NCBI GenBank assembly: GCA_963732485.1
Contig: CAVSZS010000003.1
Location: forward strand, 278,087 to 342,086
DNA length: 64,000 nt
Reading direction: 5' to 3'
Source of the DNA: Candidatus Aminicenantes bacterium
Lineage (GTDB): Bacteria > Acidobacteriota > Aminicenantia > UBA2199
In this document: in pieces, positions 9,200-19,829 of the stretch
Position numbering within the stretch: the first letter of the stretch is position 1
Layout: each line of letters begins with the position of its first letter
The notes under the pieces: generated by a model
What the model was told of the DNA's origin: nothing
Seen by the model: the letters and a program-made list of their open reading frames with translations, nothing else
The model's database searches: none
Position numbers and translations under genes: made by a program

Positions 9200-9631
9200 T
9201 TAGCCGATGACTCCCAGCATGAAGACCATGATGAACAGCGCCACGGTCTCGATCAGGCCGATGACCATGATGAAGTTGCCGAAGCCCTTGCCGGTCTCGG
9301 CGAAGGCGTCGGCGGCGCAGGCGCCGGCCTTGCCCTGGTACCAGGCCGAAACGCCCATGGCCAGGCCGCCGAAGACGCCGATGCCCAGGAGCATGCCCGG
9401 GTCCAGTTTGCCGACGGCCGACTTGAGGGCGTTCATGAGGATGAAGCCGTAAACGGTCTGCGTCAGGGGCGCGCCGACAAAAGCCACCAGCATGAAGGGG
9501 GCGGGCTTGTTGAGGGCGAAGCACTTTTTCCAGGCGCCGATGGCGGCCATGCCGGCCACGCCGGCGCCGATGCCGGAGCCGACGGCGGCCAGGGCCATGG
9601 TGGCCGCGATTCCGATCAGTCCAAAGTTCAT
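9200..9631 (-). CDS. atpK: V-type ATP synthase subunit K (proteolipid c, 4-TM duplicated 16-kDa type)
   Basis: 143 aa, glycine-rich TM hairpins (GSGIGAGVAGMAAIGA) and the conserved GLIETVALF carboxylate helix. Last gene of the V-ATPase operon. Confidence 0.85.
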   Translation of the reverse strand: MNFGLIGIAATMALAAVGSGIGAGVAGMAAIGAWKKCFALNKPAPFMLVAFVGAPLTQTVYGFILMNALKSAVGKLDPGMLLGIGVFGGLAMGVSAWYQGKAGACAADAFAETGKGFGNFIMVIGLIETVALFIMVFMLGVIG

Positions 9632-9634
9632 GTT

Positions 9635-11467
9635 CTACTCCTTAAAGGGTTTGTAGGGCTTTCCCGACCATTCCATGCCCAGGTGCCCGGAAAACTCCAG
9701 CATGTTCAAACGCACGCCGTGAACGACGACCGACAGGGCGCCCATGGCCATGTTCAGCGAGTGCCCCAGCAGCAGGATGAGGAAGCCGACGACGATGCCG
9801 GGCGCGCCGCTGCCGAAGCCGGCAGCGATGGCGTTGAAGCTCTTGGAGATTTCGATCCCGGCCAGGCCGACGGCAAAGAGGCGGATATAGGAGATGATGT
9901 CCGAAAAAGCGCTGATGCTGCTCAAGAAGGTGGTCAGCAGGTTGGCGGCGCCCATGGCCGCGCCGCGCCAGAAACGCCCCTCCTGCTGGGAGAACAGGAC
10001 AACGGCCAAAAAGCCGCAGGCGATCATCCACTTGGCGTGCAGCGGGACGGGGAAGCGCTCGCCGCTGATCACCAGGCTCAACACCAGGTAGTACAGGCCC
10101 AGGACCATGGACAGCCATCCCAGCTGGGCGAGCGAGCGGATGAAAGGTTTGGCGCGGGCCTGGCGCAGGAAGCTCCAGAAATGGGCGATCGAAATGTGGG
10201 CGGCGCCGACGGTGAAGAAGATGATCTTGAACGTCTCGCCGCTCCTGGGGTTGAAGGCCGAGAGCGCCGGCACGATCATCCAGGACAGTCCGGGCAGGGC
10301 GGCCAGCTTTTGCGAGCCGAACCAGGTGCCGGTCAGGGCCCCCCAGAGGATGGTCGCGAGGCTCAACAGCAGCAGCAGGGAGAGAAACGGCGGCGGCGTT
10401 TCGCCCCGGCGCCGCGAGCGGCGGGACAGGAAAGCGGCGGCGCAAAAAAAGATGAGCCCGTATCCGGCGTCGCCGATGATAGCCGCGAAAAAGAAGGTGA
10501 AGAACAGCAGGAAAAAAAAGCTGATGTCGAATTCGCGATAGCCGGGGATGGTCCCCAGCAGCTGGAATACGGGGCTGATGATGTCGATCCATTTGTGGTT
10601 GCGGACAACCGTCGGCACGTCGTCTGCGGCGGCGGGGTCCTGCAGCAGCAGGGCCCAGCCATTGTCCCGGCAGCAATCCCTCAGCTTCTGGGTTTGGTCG
10701 GCCGGCAGGAAGCCGCCCAGGTAGGAGAGCGCGTCGGTATGGCCCATGGCCGCTGTCGCTTCAGCGAACTCGACCTCGCGGCCGGAGGCCACGACGGCGC
10801 GCTGAAGATCGCCGGCCGCGGCAGCGAGCCGCTCCATGTCCAGGTGCAGCCGCTCGCGGGCGGAACGGTTCGCGGCCCGAAGCTCCTCCAGCCGGGCGGC
10901 GTCAAGACGGGGCGGCTCGAGCGCCTTGAACTCGCAAGCGAACGCGGTCCCCGCTTTCAGGACCACGGCGACCCAGAGCAGTGCCTTGCCGCGCTTGACG
11001 ACGAAGGCGTCGCCGCCTTGCGGCAGCAGGCCGAGCTGGGCGGGCGGGACCTCGTAGAACCTGACCTCGAGGCCCGCGTCGCGGATGGCCTGCAATTCAG
11101 CGAGCGCCACGCCCTGCCATTCGCGGAGGCGGTCCTCCTCCCGCGCGAGGGCTCCCTGTTCTTCATCGAGCCGGCGCAGGCCCTCCTGCGTGTCCATGAT
11201 GGCGCGCGCCGTGGCCAGGGCGGTTTCGAGGCCGCCTTCCGCCAGCTGCGTATCCTGCGCGGACCCTGAAGCTCCGTGCCGGGGGGGAGCGATCACGGCC
11301 AGGGCTTTTTCGAGAAGCCCCGTCTTTTCCCGCCACTCCTGGGCCGGCAGGACCTGGGCGGGGACATCGCTGAGGTGCAGAACGCCGAGCTGGCGCAGCC
11401 GCTGCAGCGCCTGCGCCTTGCTCTCGCGGCGGGCGATCACCGTCGCTTTCTTCATGGCGACGATCAT
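9635..11467 (-). CDS. atpI: V-type ATP synthase subunit I (a subunit)
   Basis: ORF 9635..11884 trimmed to ATG 11465-11467 (MIVAMKKATVIARRESKAQALQRLRQLGVLHL...), which overlaps the atpD stop (ATGA). Soluble coiled-coil N-domain plus multi-TM C-domain. The upstream ORF extension is Arg/Pro-rich junk. Confidence 0.75.
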   Translation of the reverse strand: MIVAMKKATVIARRESKAQALQRLRQLGVLHLSDVPAQVLPAQEWREKTGLLEKALAVIAPPRHGASGSAQDTQLAEGGLETALATARAIMDTQEGLRRLDEEQGALAREEDRLREWQGVALAELQAIRDAGLEVRFYEVPPAQLGLLPQGGDAFVVKRGKALLWVAVVLKAGTAFACEFKALEPPRLDAARLEELRAANRSARERLHLDMERLAAAAGDLQRAVVASGREVEFAEATAAMGHTDALSYLGGFLPADQTQKLRDCCRDNGWALLLQDPAAADDVPTVVRNHKWIDIISPVFQLLGTIPGYREFDISFFFLLFFTFFFAAIIGDAGYGLIFFCAAAFLSRRSRRRGETPPPFLSLLLLLSLATILWGALTGTWFGSQKLAALPGLSWMIVPALSAFNPRSGETFKIIFFTVGAAHISIAHFWSFLRQARAKPFIRSLAQLGWLSMVLGLYYLVLSLVISGERFPVPLHAKWMIACGFLAVVLFSQQEGRFWRGAAMGAANLLTTFLSSISAFSDIISYIRLFAVGLAGIEISKSFNAIAAGFGSGAPGIVVGFLILLLGHSLNMAMGALSVVVHGVRLNMLEFSGHLGMEWSGKPYKPFKE

Positions 11468-12069
11468 GCCGCCCCCTCCCTGTGCAACAGGTTCTTCTTG
11501 GCGATCTTGCCCCTGACCACTGCGGCGGTCTGCTGGTCGCCCAGGTATATATTGATCTTGCGGATGCTTTCGATCGCCTCGGGGATCTTGACCTTCTCGA
11601 ACAGGTTCACCCGCTGGCTCGTCACCCGCAATTCGGCCGCCAGCAGTTCGACCTGCCGCCGCCGCAGGCCGATCTCGACGTCCAGACGGGCGAGCCCGGC
11701 GAAAAGGTCGAGGGCGGCGTCCACCCAGGGGGGGGTCAGGAACAGGTCGTGGCCCGCGGTCGTGAAGGCGATGGACGTGAACATCGGGATCTCCACGCCG
11801 GCGATATTGGCCGGCTCGGTCTCCACGCGTGCGACGCGCAGCCAGTCCGAGAAGGGGAACGGCTCGGCAAAGAGCTCCAGCCACGGCGCCGCGCCGTCGG
11901 CCAGCTCCCGGCGTTTCCGGGTTTCGTCGGCCAGCCGGCCTTCGAGCTGCCGGATGACCATCTGCAGCTGCTGCTTTTTGAGGAGCAGCGTCGGCAGGTA
12001 GCGGCGGTAGCGCCGCAGGGCGTCCTTGCGCCTCTTCAGCTCGGTCTTGGTCAGCTTGACGGCGGCCAT
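11464..12069 (-). CDS. atpD: V-type ATP synthase subunit D
   Basis: 201 aa, MAAVKLTKTELKRRKDALRRYRRYLPTLLLKKQQLQ..., basic coiled-coil central stalk subunit. Synteny B-D-I. Confidence 0.85.
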   Translation of the reverse strand: MAAVKLTKTELKRRKDALRRYRRYLPTLLLKKQQLQMVIRQLEGRLADETRKRRELADGAAPWLELFAEPFPFSDWLRVARVETEPANIAGVEIPMFTSIAFTTAGHDLFLTPPWVDAALDLFAGLARLDVEIGLRRRQVELLAAELRVTSQRVNLFEKVKIPEAIESIRKINIYLGDQQTAAVVRGKIAKKNLLHREGAA

Positions 12070-12071
12070 GC

Positions 12072-13381
<1,310 letters not shown>

Positions 13382-13385
<4 letters not shown>

Positions 13386-15169
13386 GAGCGGTCCCCTTGC
13401 TGCCGTTTGTCGAGCGTGTCCAGGATGCGGCCGCCTTTTTCGTCGCGGCCGGCCTGCTTGCCGGCCACAAACGCCGTGATTTCGTTTTCGAGCCTGCGGA
13501 ATTCGTCGCCCTGCCATTCGCAGACGTTGTAGTCGAGAAACTTCTGGCGCAGGCCGTTAAAAAAGGTGCGGGCCGCCTCCTTGCCGTCGAACTGGAAGCG
13601 GGAGACCAGGACCGAGAACAGCAGGCGGAAGAGATGCTGCTGGCGCTCGGTGGAGACGGCGGCGTCGACGGGATCGTAGGTGTCCTGCTGCAGGTAGACG
13701 GCGTCGAGGAACTCGCCCTTGAGAAACAGCTCGTAATCCTCCAGCGAGGTGCCTTCCTCGCCGACGACCTTCATCATCTGGCTGACCTCGTTGCCGCGGA
13801 AAAGCAGGTCGCGGGCGTAGGCGGTGCCAACGGCGTCGATCGACCCCTTGTACTTGCTCCAGCTCTCCAGGGGGTGAATGGCGGGATACTTGCGGGCGTC
13901 GGAGCGCTCGCGGGAGAGGCCGTGGAAGGCGCCGACCACCTTCAGCGTCGATTGGGTCACCGGCTCGTCGAAGTTGCCGCCGGCCGGGCTGACCGTGCCG
14001 CCGATGGTGATCGACCCGGTGCTGTTGTCGCGCAGGCGTACCAGCCCCGCGCGCTCATAGAATCCGGCGATGACCGACTCGAGGTAGGCGGGAAACGCCT
14101 CCTCGCCGGGGATCTCTTCCAGGCGGCCCGACATTTCGCGCAGCGCCTGCGCCCAGCGCGAGGTCGAATCGGCCAGCAGCAGGACGTGCAGCCCCATTTG
14201 CCGGTAGTACTCGGCCAGGGTGACGGCGGTGTAGACCGACGCCTCGCGGGCGGCGACCGGCATGGAGCTGGTGTTGCAGATGATGATGGTGCGCTCCATC
14301 AGCGTGCGGCCCGTCCTGGGGTCGGGAAGCAGGGGAAACTCCCGCAGCGTCTCGACGACCTCGCCGGCGCGTTCGCCGCAGGCGGCGATGATGACGATGT
14401 CGATCTCGGCGTTGCGGCTCGTGGCCTGCTGCAAAACGGTCTTGCCGGCTCCGAACGGCCCGGGGATGCAGTAGGTGCCGCCGCGGGCGACGGGGATGAA
14501 CGTGTCGATGATGCGGATCTTGGTGACCATCGGTTCGCTGGGCCGCAGCCGTTCGCGGTAGCAGGTGACCGGGCGCTTGACCGGCCAGTAAAAGCTCATG
14601 GAGACCGGGAAGCGGCCGCCCTTGTCGTCCTCGAGCTCGGCGATCGTTTCGTTGATGGTGTACTCTCCCGCCGGGACGATCGTGACGACCTTCATGACCC
14701 CGCTCATGTGGAAGGGGACCATGATGCGGTGGCTGAAGATGCCTTCCGGCACGGTCGCGAGCGTGTCGCCGGCCGTGACCGCGTCGCCGGGCCTGGCCGC
14801 CGGCGTGAAGCGCCACTTCTTGTTGTCGTCGAGAGGGCTGAGGTAGACGCCGCGCTCGAGAAAAAAGCCGCACTGGGCGGCCAGCTCCGGAAGCGGGTTC
14901 TGCAGCCCGTCGTAGATCTGCGCCAGCAGGCCGGGACCCAGGCGCACGGAGAGGAGCTCGGAGGTGAACTCGACCTCGTCGCCGATGCCGATGCCGCGCG
15001 ACATCTCAAAAACCTGCATCTCGGCCAGGCTGCCGCGGATGCGGATGACTTCCGACTTCAGCTTTTTCCCGGCGCAGTCCACGTAGGCGACCTCGTTCAT
15101 CGAGATATCGCCCGCGACCTGGACGGTGACCATGTTGCCGTTGACGCCGATGACCTTTCCTTTCGTCAT
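13382..15169 (-). CDS. atpA: V-type ATP synthase catalytic subunit A
   Basis: 595 aa. P-loop GPFGAGKT, N-terminal beta-barrel [18 protein letters not shown] and the non-homologous insert region typical of A subunits. Confidence 0.9.
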
Positions 15170-15170
15170 G

Positions 15171-15713
15171 TCAGTACTCCGTGTTGATCAGGATGCGGGC
15201 GTATTCTGCCGCGAACGCTTTACGGCCGGGCTCGGGCCGCCAGCGGCTCCGGCGTTCCAGAAGCAGCAGCTTCAGGCGATAGACGATCAGGCGGTCCAGG
15301 CCGAACTGGGTCCCCGTCTCGAGTTCCTCAAGGCAAGACCAGCGCCTGCGATCCAGCGCGGTTTCGCTTGCCAGGGGCGAGCCGGAAGCCAGAGCTTCCT
15401 TGACGACCAGGGGCAGGCCGGCGCGGAACGGGGCCGGGCGCAGGAACGGCTCCGGGTCGAGACCCAGCCGCTGGGCGCGCTGCCGGGCCAGCTCGTTGCG
15501 CAATGCAGTTTCCCACCCGGAATAGTCGCGCCAAACGCCGGGATCGCCGGGGCGCACGTCGAGCTCAGCCAACGTGATGCGGGAGAGCAGGGCGAAGTCG
15601 GCGGCAACGACATGCTCATGGCAGAGCCGGAGCAAGGCCGGGCTGTCCAGCGGCGGCGGACCGTCGGCCATGAGCATGGGCAGCGACGCCACGAGGTAGT
15701 AATACTGGGTCAA
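15171..15713 (-). CDS. hypothetical protein in the V-ATPase operon (occupies the slot of the small conserved hypothetical, possibly C/d-like, of chlamydial/spirochaete/Bacteroidetes-type operons)
   Basis: 180 aa with no readable catalytic motif. Assignment is by synteny only (between atpE and atpA). Confidence 0.35.
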   Translation of the reverse strand: MTQYYYLVASLPMLMADGPPPLDSPALLRLCHEHVVAADFALLSRITLAELDVRPGDPGVWRDYSGWETALRNELARQRAQRLGLDPEPFLRPAPFRAGLPLVVKEALASGSPLASETALDRRRWSCLEELETGTQFGLDRLIVYRLKLLLLERRSRWRPEPGRKAFAAEYARILINTEY

Positions 15714-15714
15714 G

Positions 15715-16350
15715 TTATGAATCCTGTTTCAGCGCGTCGGCGACGATCCCGGCCATGACCGGGTTCAGGAATACGGCGAGGCTCTCGGCAATGCTAGCGG
15801 CGGAAAAGTCATAATAGGACTGCCCGTCTTTTTCGGAGACGCGAAAGCCGTCGCTGACATCCGCGGAGGCGCGGATCTCGATTCCGGCCGCGATCGTTGC
15901 GGCCAGGGCCTGGCGCAGCGCCTTGGCCAGCGCTTCAAGGCGGTCAGGGGGCAGGAGCAGCTCGATCCGCTCCTGGCGTTCGGGCGTCCAGTTGGCGACC
16001 AAAGCGACGATGGCGGCGGTGATCTCCTTGTCATGGAGGGCGGCGGCGGTCTTCTCCTTCAGCAGCGCGGCGAACAGGACCTCAAGCTGCTTCCTGACCT
16101 GCAGCAGCAGGTCACGGGACGCCTGCTTGAGGGACTCGCGGCCGGAGTGCTCCAACCGCTCCTGTTCCTGCCGGGCCTTGGCCAGCAGCGCGTCGGCCTG
16201 CTCCCGGGCGGCGGCCACGATGCCGTCGGCCTTCTCCCTGGCTTGCCGGAGCAGGGCGTCGCTTTCCCGGCGGGACTTGTCCACGCCGTCGCGATGGATG
16301 GTATCGATGAGTTCCTTCAGTTGCACGTCGGGGATGTCTTTGGCTTCCAT
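15715..16350 (-). CDS. atpE: V-type ATP synthase subunit E (peripheral stalk)
   Basis: 211 aa, highly charged Ala/Glu/Arg-rich coiled coil (LLRQAREKADGIVAAAREQADALLAKARQEQERLE). First gene of the operon. Confidence 0.65.
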   Translation of the reverse strand: MEAKDIPDVQLKELIDTIHRDGVDKSRRESDALLRQAREKADGIVAAAREQADALLAKARQEQERLEHSGRESLKQASRDLLLQVRKQLEVLFAALLKEKTAAALHDKEITAAIVALVANWTPERQERIELLLPPDRLEALAKALRQALAATIAAGIEIRASADVSDGFRVSEKDGQSYYDFSAASIAESLAVFLNPVMAGIVADALKQDS

Positions 16351-16407
16351 GACTGAATTTTAGGGGAAGCGGCGATTCCTGTCAACCCTGAGCTCGATGC
16401 CAAGATT

Positions 16408-16503
16408 GTGAAAAGTGATCAGTGAAAAGTGAAAGGTGAAGGCAATGGAACGAACGATCGCTTTACTGCTGTTTCATTTCACTTTTTACTTTTCACTATT
16501 CAC
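16408..16503. repeat. inverted heptamer-repeat element (GTGAAAA x5 arm / TTTTCAC arm around a ~30-nt core)
   Basis: Left arm GTGAAAAGTGATCAGTGAAAAGTGAAAGGTGAAGG (16408-16442). Right arm TCATTTCACTTTTTACTTTTCACTATTCAC (16474-16503) is its imperfect reverse complement. The right arm overlaps the last 5 codons and stop of the Fe-S gene, and the element sits upstream of atpE. Confidence 0.6.
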
Positions 16504-17634
16504 TTGTCTTTTAAAGATATCACTAATGAAATAAACAGACACGTCGAGGTTTTCTTTCAGTTGCATGTAACATCCCGGGCAGGAGGTGACCACGGCGGCG
16601 GCGCCCAGTTCGTCGAGCCGCGCCGATTTTTTATTCAGGATCTTTTTCGAAGTCGATGGGAAGCCCACCTTGAAGATGCCGCCGAAGCCGCAGCACAAGG
16701 CGGAGTCGTCGTCGCGAAAGCGCTCGCCGAACTGCTCCAGGAAATGGCGCGCCTCTTTTTGCAGCTTCAGCGATTTCAGGTTGTGGCAGGGGTCGTGATA
16801 CGTGAACGCTCCCTGGAAGCGATCGGCGAAGCGCGGGTCGATCGCGGCCGAGGAGCAGTGGCGGAACATGAAGTCGCCCAGCTCGAATACCTCGATCCCG
16901 GGCAGATCGTAGTATTTTCGGAAAGCCAGCACGCCGGTGGAGCATGGCGCGACGATGCGCTTGAAGCGGAATTTCCTGAACACGGCCGCGTTTTTCTTTT
17001 TCAGCGCGGCGAACTTCTCGCCCCAGCCCTGCGAGAGATAGGGGAAGCCGCAGCATTGCAGCCCCGGCGGGTAGAGGACGCTGAAGCCCTGCTTTTCCAG
17101 GAGCGTCTTGATGTCGATCGTGCGCTGCGGGTAGAAGTAGGTGAAGACGCAGCCCGGGAAGAGCAGAATGTCGTATTCCTTGCCCGGGTCGCCGCCGCTG
17201 ATCTTTTTCAGGTCGGCTTTTTGCATCGCGGGCAGGGAAAGCCTTCTCTTCAGCGGCGTGCGCGCCAGGAGGCGCGGCAGCCAGAGGACCCGGCGCAGGA
17301 TGAACTCCTGGTAGAAAAACAGGGCGGTCTTCTTCAGCCAGGGGATGCGCTTTCCCGCCGCGGCGTGGTTGCGCTGCTCGATCATCATGCGGGTGAACTC
17401 GACCCCCTGCGGGCAGGCGTGCTCGCAGCCGCCGCAGACCAGGCACTGGTAGAGCAGGGAGCGGTTGCGCGCGTTGGGCGCCAGGCGGCCGTCGGCCAGG
17501 GCCTTGGCCAGGTTGACCTTGCCGCGCGGCGAGTTCGGTTCCGTGAGCTCGGCCTGGTAGACCGGGCAGGCCGACTGGCAGGTGCCGCAGTCGGCGCAGA
17601 GCTTGGCGATCTCGCTGATGGTTTTTTCAGCCAT
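16486..17634 (-). CDS. (Fe-S)-binding oxidoreductase subunit with two 4Fe-4S ferredoxin motifs and two CCG domains (GlcF/GlpC/LutA-like)
   Basis: CADCGTCQSACPV and CLVCGGCEHACPQG clusters, then two CCG(F) cysteine-rich domains (LQCCGFPYL, LCCGFGGI ... TSCPGC). Confidence 0.7.
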   Translation of the reverse strand: MAEKTISEIAKLCADCGTCQSACPVYQAELTEPNSPRGKVNLAKALADGRLAPNARNRSLLYQCLVCGGCEHACPQGVEFTRMMIEQRNHAAAGKRIPWLKKTALFFYQEFILRRVLWLPRLLARTPLKRRLSLPAMQKADLKKISGGDPGKEYDILLFPGCVFTYFYPQRTIDIKTLLEKQGFSVLYPPGLQCCGFPYLSQGWGEKFAALKKKNAAVFRKFRFKRIVAPCSTGVLAFRKYYDLPGIEVFELGDFMFRHCSSAAIDPRFADRFQGAFTYHDPCHNLKSLKLQKEARHFLEQFGERFRDDDSALCCGFGGIFKVGFPSTSKKILNKKSARLDELGAAAVVTSCPGCYMQLKENLDVSVYFISDIFKRQVNSEK

Positions 17635-17767
17635 TGCCAGCCATTATAGCAGAAGCGGCCAGGGAGCCCAATTTCCGTTCTGCTTGCGCTGTGGGAAATT
17701 TTGGCTTACACTCGGTTCTGCGACGGAAATAAAAATCGCGATGGGACTCTGACGCGAGGATCGAGCC

Positions 17768-18875
17768 ATGGGAAAAGAATTCTGCCCGCGCTGCGGAAAA
17801 AAAATGGAGAAGCGCCGCCTGGAGGACCGGGACCGGGACTACTGCCCGGCCTGCCGCGCCGTGGCGCTACGAGAACCCGGTGCCGGCGACGGCGGTCGTG
17901 GTGCTCAACGAACGCCATGAGCTGCTGCTCGTGCGGCGCGCCGTGGAGCCGGCGCTGGGCAAGTGGTGCCTGCCCGGCGGCTTCCAGGAGACGGGCGAGA
18001 CCCCCGAACAGTGCGCCCTGCGCGAGCTGCGCGAGGAGACCGGGCTCAGTGGCCGCGTGGAGGAGTGGCTGGGCATGGAGATGAGCCTGAACCCCTTGGC
18101 TGGCGAGGTGCTGGTCGTCGGCTACCGCGTCCGCGCCGGCGGCGAAACGCCGCAAGCGGGCGATGACGCGTTGGCCGCGGCCTATTTCCCCCTGGGCGGA
18201 CTTCCCGAGCTGGCCTTCCGGAGCCACGCGCGCATCATCGAGCGCGCCGGCAGGCCGCTCCTGGCGCGGCTGGGTTTCCGCGACCTGCCGGGCGGCGCCT
18301 ACGTTGTCACCAGCAACGATCACGAGCGCGTGGCCCGCGAAGCCTGCCGCGGCGGCGCCCGTGTCGTCCAGTACCGCGAAAAAGACGCGCCCGCCGTGCG
18401 GCGGCTGGAGACGGCCCGCCGCATCCGCGGCTTCTGCCGCGAGAGCGGCACGCTGTTCATTGTCAACGACCAGCTCGACATCGCCATGCTCAGCGAAGCC
18501 GACGGCGTGCACCTTGGTCAGGACGACGTCGCCATCGCCGATGCCCGCCGGCTGCTGGGACCGGGGATGATCATCGGCATCTCCTGCTCGTCGCTGGCGG
18601 AAGCCGAAGACGCCGAGCGCCGCGGGGCCGATTACCTGGGGGTGGGCGCCGTCATCGCCACGCCGACCAAGGAAGGCTACCCGCTGGTGGGCCTGGACGG
18701 CCTGAGCCGCATCGCCGCCGCCGCCGCCGTCCCCGTCGTGGCCATCGGCGGCGTCAACCTGGGCAACATGGCCGCCATGAAAGCGGCCGGGGCGAAGTAC
18801 CCGGCCATGGTGCGCGAGTTCCAGGAAGATACGGCGGCGCGGGTGGTGGCGGTAAATCAGATTTACAAATCGTAG
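17768..18875 (+). CDS. thiE: Zn-ribbon NUDIX hydrolase domain fused to thiamine-phosphate synthase (ThiE); apparent +1 frameshift near 17855-17866
   Basis: ATG 17768 encodes MGKEFCPRCGKKMEKRRLEDRDRDYCPACRAV (a CxxC...CxxC ribbon). The reading frame then switches into the ORF encoding RYENPVPATAVVVLNERHELLLVRRAVEPALGKWCLPGGFQETGETPEQCALRELREETG (Nudix box), followed by a complete ThiE domain (HLGQDD..., GISCSSLAEAEDAERRGADYLGVGAVIATPTK). The downstream frame has no ATG before the Nudix fold. Confidence 0.55.
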
Positions 18876-18907
18876 GGGCGATCCGCTGGATCGTCCTGCC
18901 CAATTCC

Positions 18908-19723
18908 TTATGAAATCTTCAACCTCTTTTCAATCTCGCTGCCGTCCAGGTTGTACAGCGCATCCAGGAACTGCACCTGCAGGCTGCCGGGCCCGGACGA
19001 TTTTTCGGCGGCGATCTCGCCGGCAATGCCCATCACGGCCATGGCGGCGGCAGTGGCCCTGAAAAAGTCGGGCTCGACGGCGGCGAAGGCGCCGCACAGC
19101 GCCGTGGCCGTGCAGCCCAGTCCGGTGACCTTCGGCATCAGCGCGTGGCCGTTCCTGATCAAAACCATTTTATCCTTGTGAATGATGGTATCGGTTTCGC
19201 CGCTGACGCATACCACGCCGCCCAGCTGCTGGCTCAGGTGACGGGCGCTGTCCATGGCGGCTTCGGTGGCGGAAGCGCTGTCAACGCCCCTGGTTTTTGC
19301 CGAATCGTCAACCATGGCCATGATCTCCGAGGCGTTGCCGCGCACGATGGCCGGTGGCACGGTTTGGATCAGCTCGCGGACCGTTCGCGTGCGGTAGGGG
19401 GTGGCGCCGGCGCCGACGGGGTCGAGCACGATGGGGATGCCTTTGTTTTTGGCCCGGCGTGCGGCCTTGAACATCGCTTCCACCCAGTGGCCGCTCAAGG
19501 TGCCGATGTTGATGACCAGCGCCGTGGCGATGCCGACCATGTCCTCGACCTCCTCGCCGGCGTGGGCCATGACCGGCGAGGCGCCGACGGCCAGCAGGGC
19601 ATTGGCCGTCGAGTTCATGACCACGTAGTTGGTGATGTTGTGCACCAGGGGGGACTTGGTGCGCACGAGTTCCAGGTCTTCAATGATTTCCTTTGCGGTC
19701 AGCTTCATGATTCGCTCACTCAT
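18908..19723 (-). CDS. thiM: hydroxyethylthiazole kinase
   Basis: 271 aa, strong family match ([27 protein letters not shown] ... GTLS ... [13 protein letters not shown]). Convergent with thiE. Confidence 0.85.
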   Translation of the reverse strand: MSERIMKLTAKEIIEDLELVRTKSPLVHNITNYVVMNSTANALLAVGASPVMAHAGEEVEDMVGIATALVINIGTLSGHWVEAMFKAARRAKNKGIPIVLDPVGAGATPYRTRTVRELIQTVPPAIVRGNASEIMAMVDDSAKTRGVDSASATEAAMDSARHLSQQLGGVVCVSGETDTIIHKDKMVLIRNGHALMPKVTGLGCTATALCGAFAAVEPDFFRATAAAMAVMGIAGEIAAEKSSGPGSLQVQFLDALYNLDGSEIEKRLKIS

Positions 19724-19730
19724 TACCTAA

Positions 19731-19821
19731 GTGAAAAGTGAAAAGTAAAAAGTAAAAAGTTAAAACCCGAGGAGTATTGCTCCGGGTTCTTACCTTTCAC
19801 TTTTCACTACTCACTTTTCAC
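19731..19821. repeat. inverted heptamer-repeat element (GTGAAAA-type) enclosing an intrinsic-terminator-like hairpin
   Basis: Left arm GTGAAAAGTGAAAAGTAAAAAGTAAAAAGTTAAAA. Core hairpin AACCCGAGGAGTATTGCTCCGGGTT. Right arm CTTACCTTTCACTTTTCACTACTCACTTTTCAC is the reverse complement of the left arm. On the minus strand the hairpin is followed by a T-rich run, giving a terminator for the upstream transporter gene. The element also abuts the thiM start. Confidence 0.6.
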
Positions 19822-19829
19822 AAAGGGCG

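Noticed and set aside
9683-11269. Very long antisense ORFs inside conserved genes. Examples: 528 aa on + opposite atpI, 596 aa at 13397..15187 opposite atpA, 529 aa at 21100..22689 opposite the permease, 520 aa at 49625..51187.
   Set aside because: Their products are Arg/Gly/Pro/Ala-rich with no motifs. They are opposite genes with unambiguous conserved products and are typical high-GC shadow ORFs.
17880-18875. Treating thiE as an independent gene starting at GTG 17880
   Set aside because: The frame is open far upstream of the GTG and encodes the N-terminal part of the Nudix fold. The Zn ribbon in the adjacent frame joins it seamlessly, so a frameshifted fusion is the more economical model. 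The independent-start alternative is kept in the finding.
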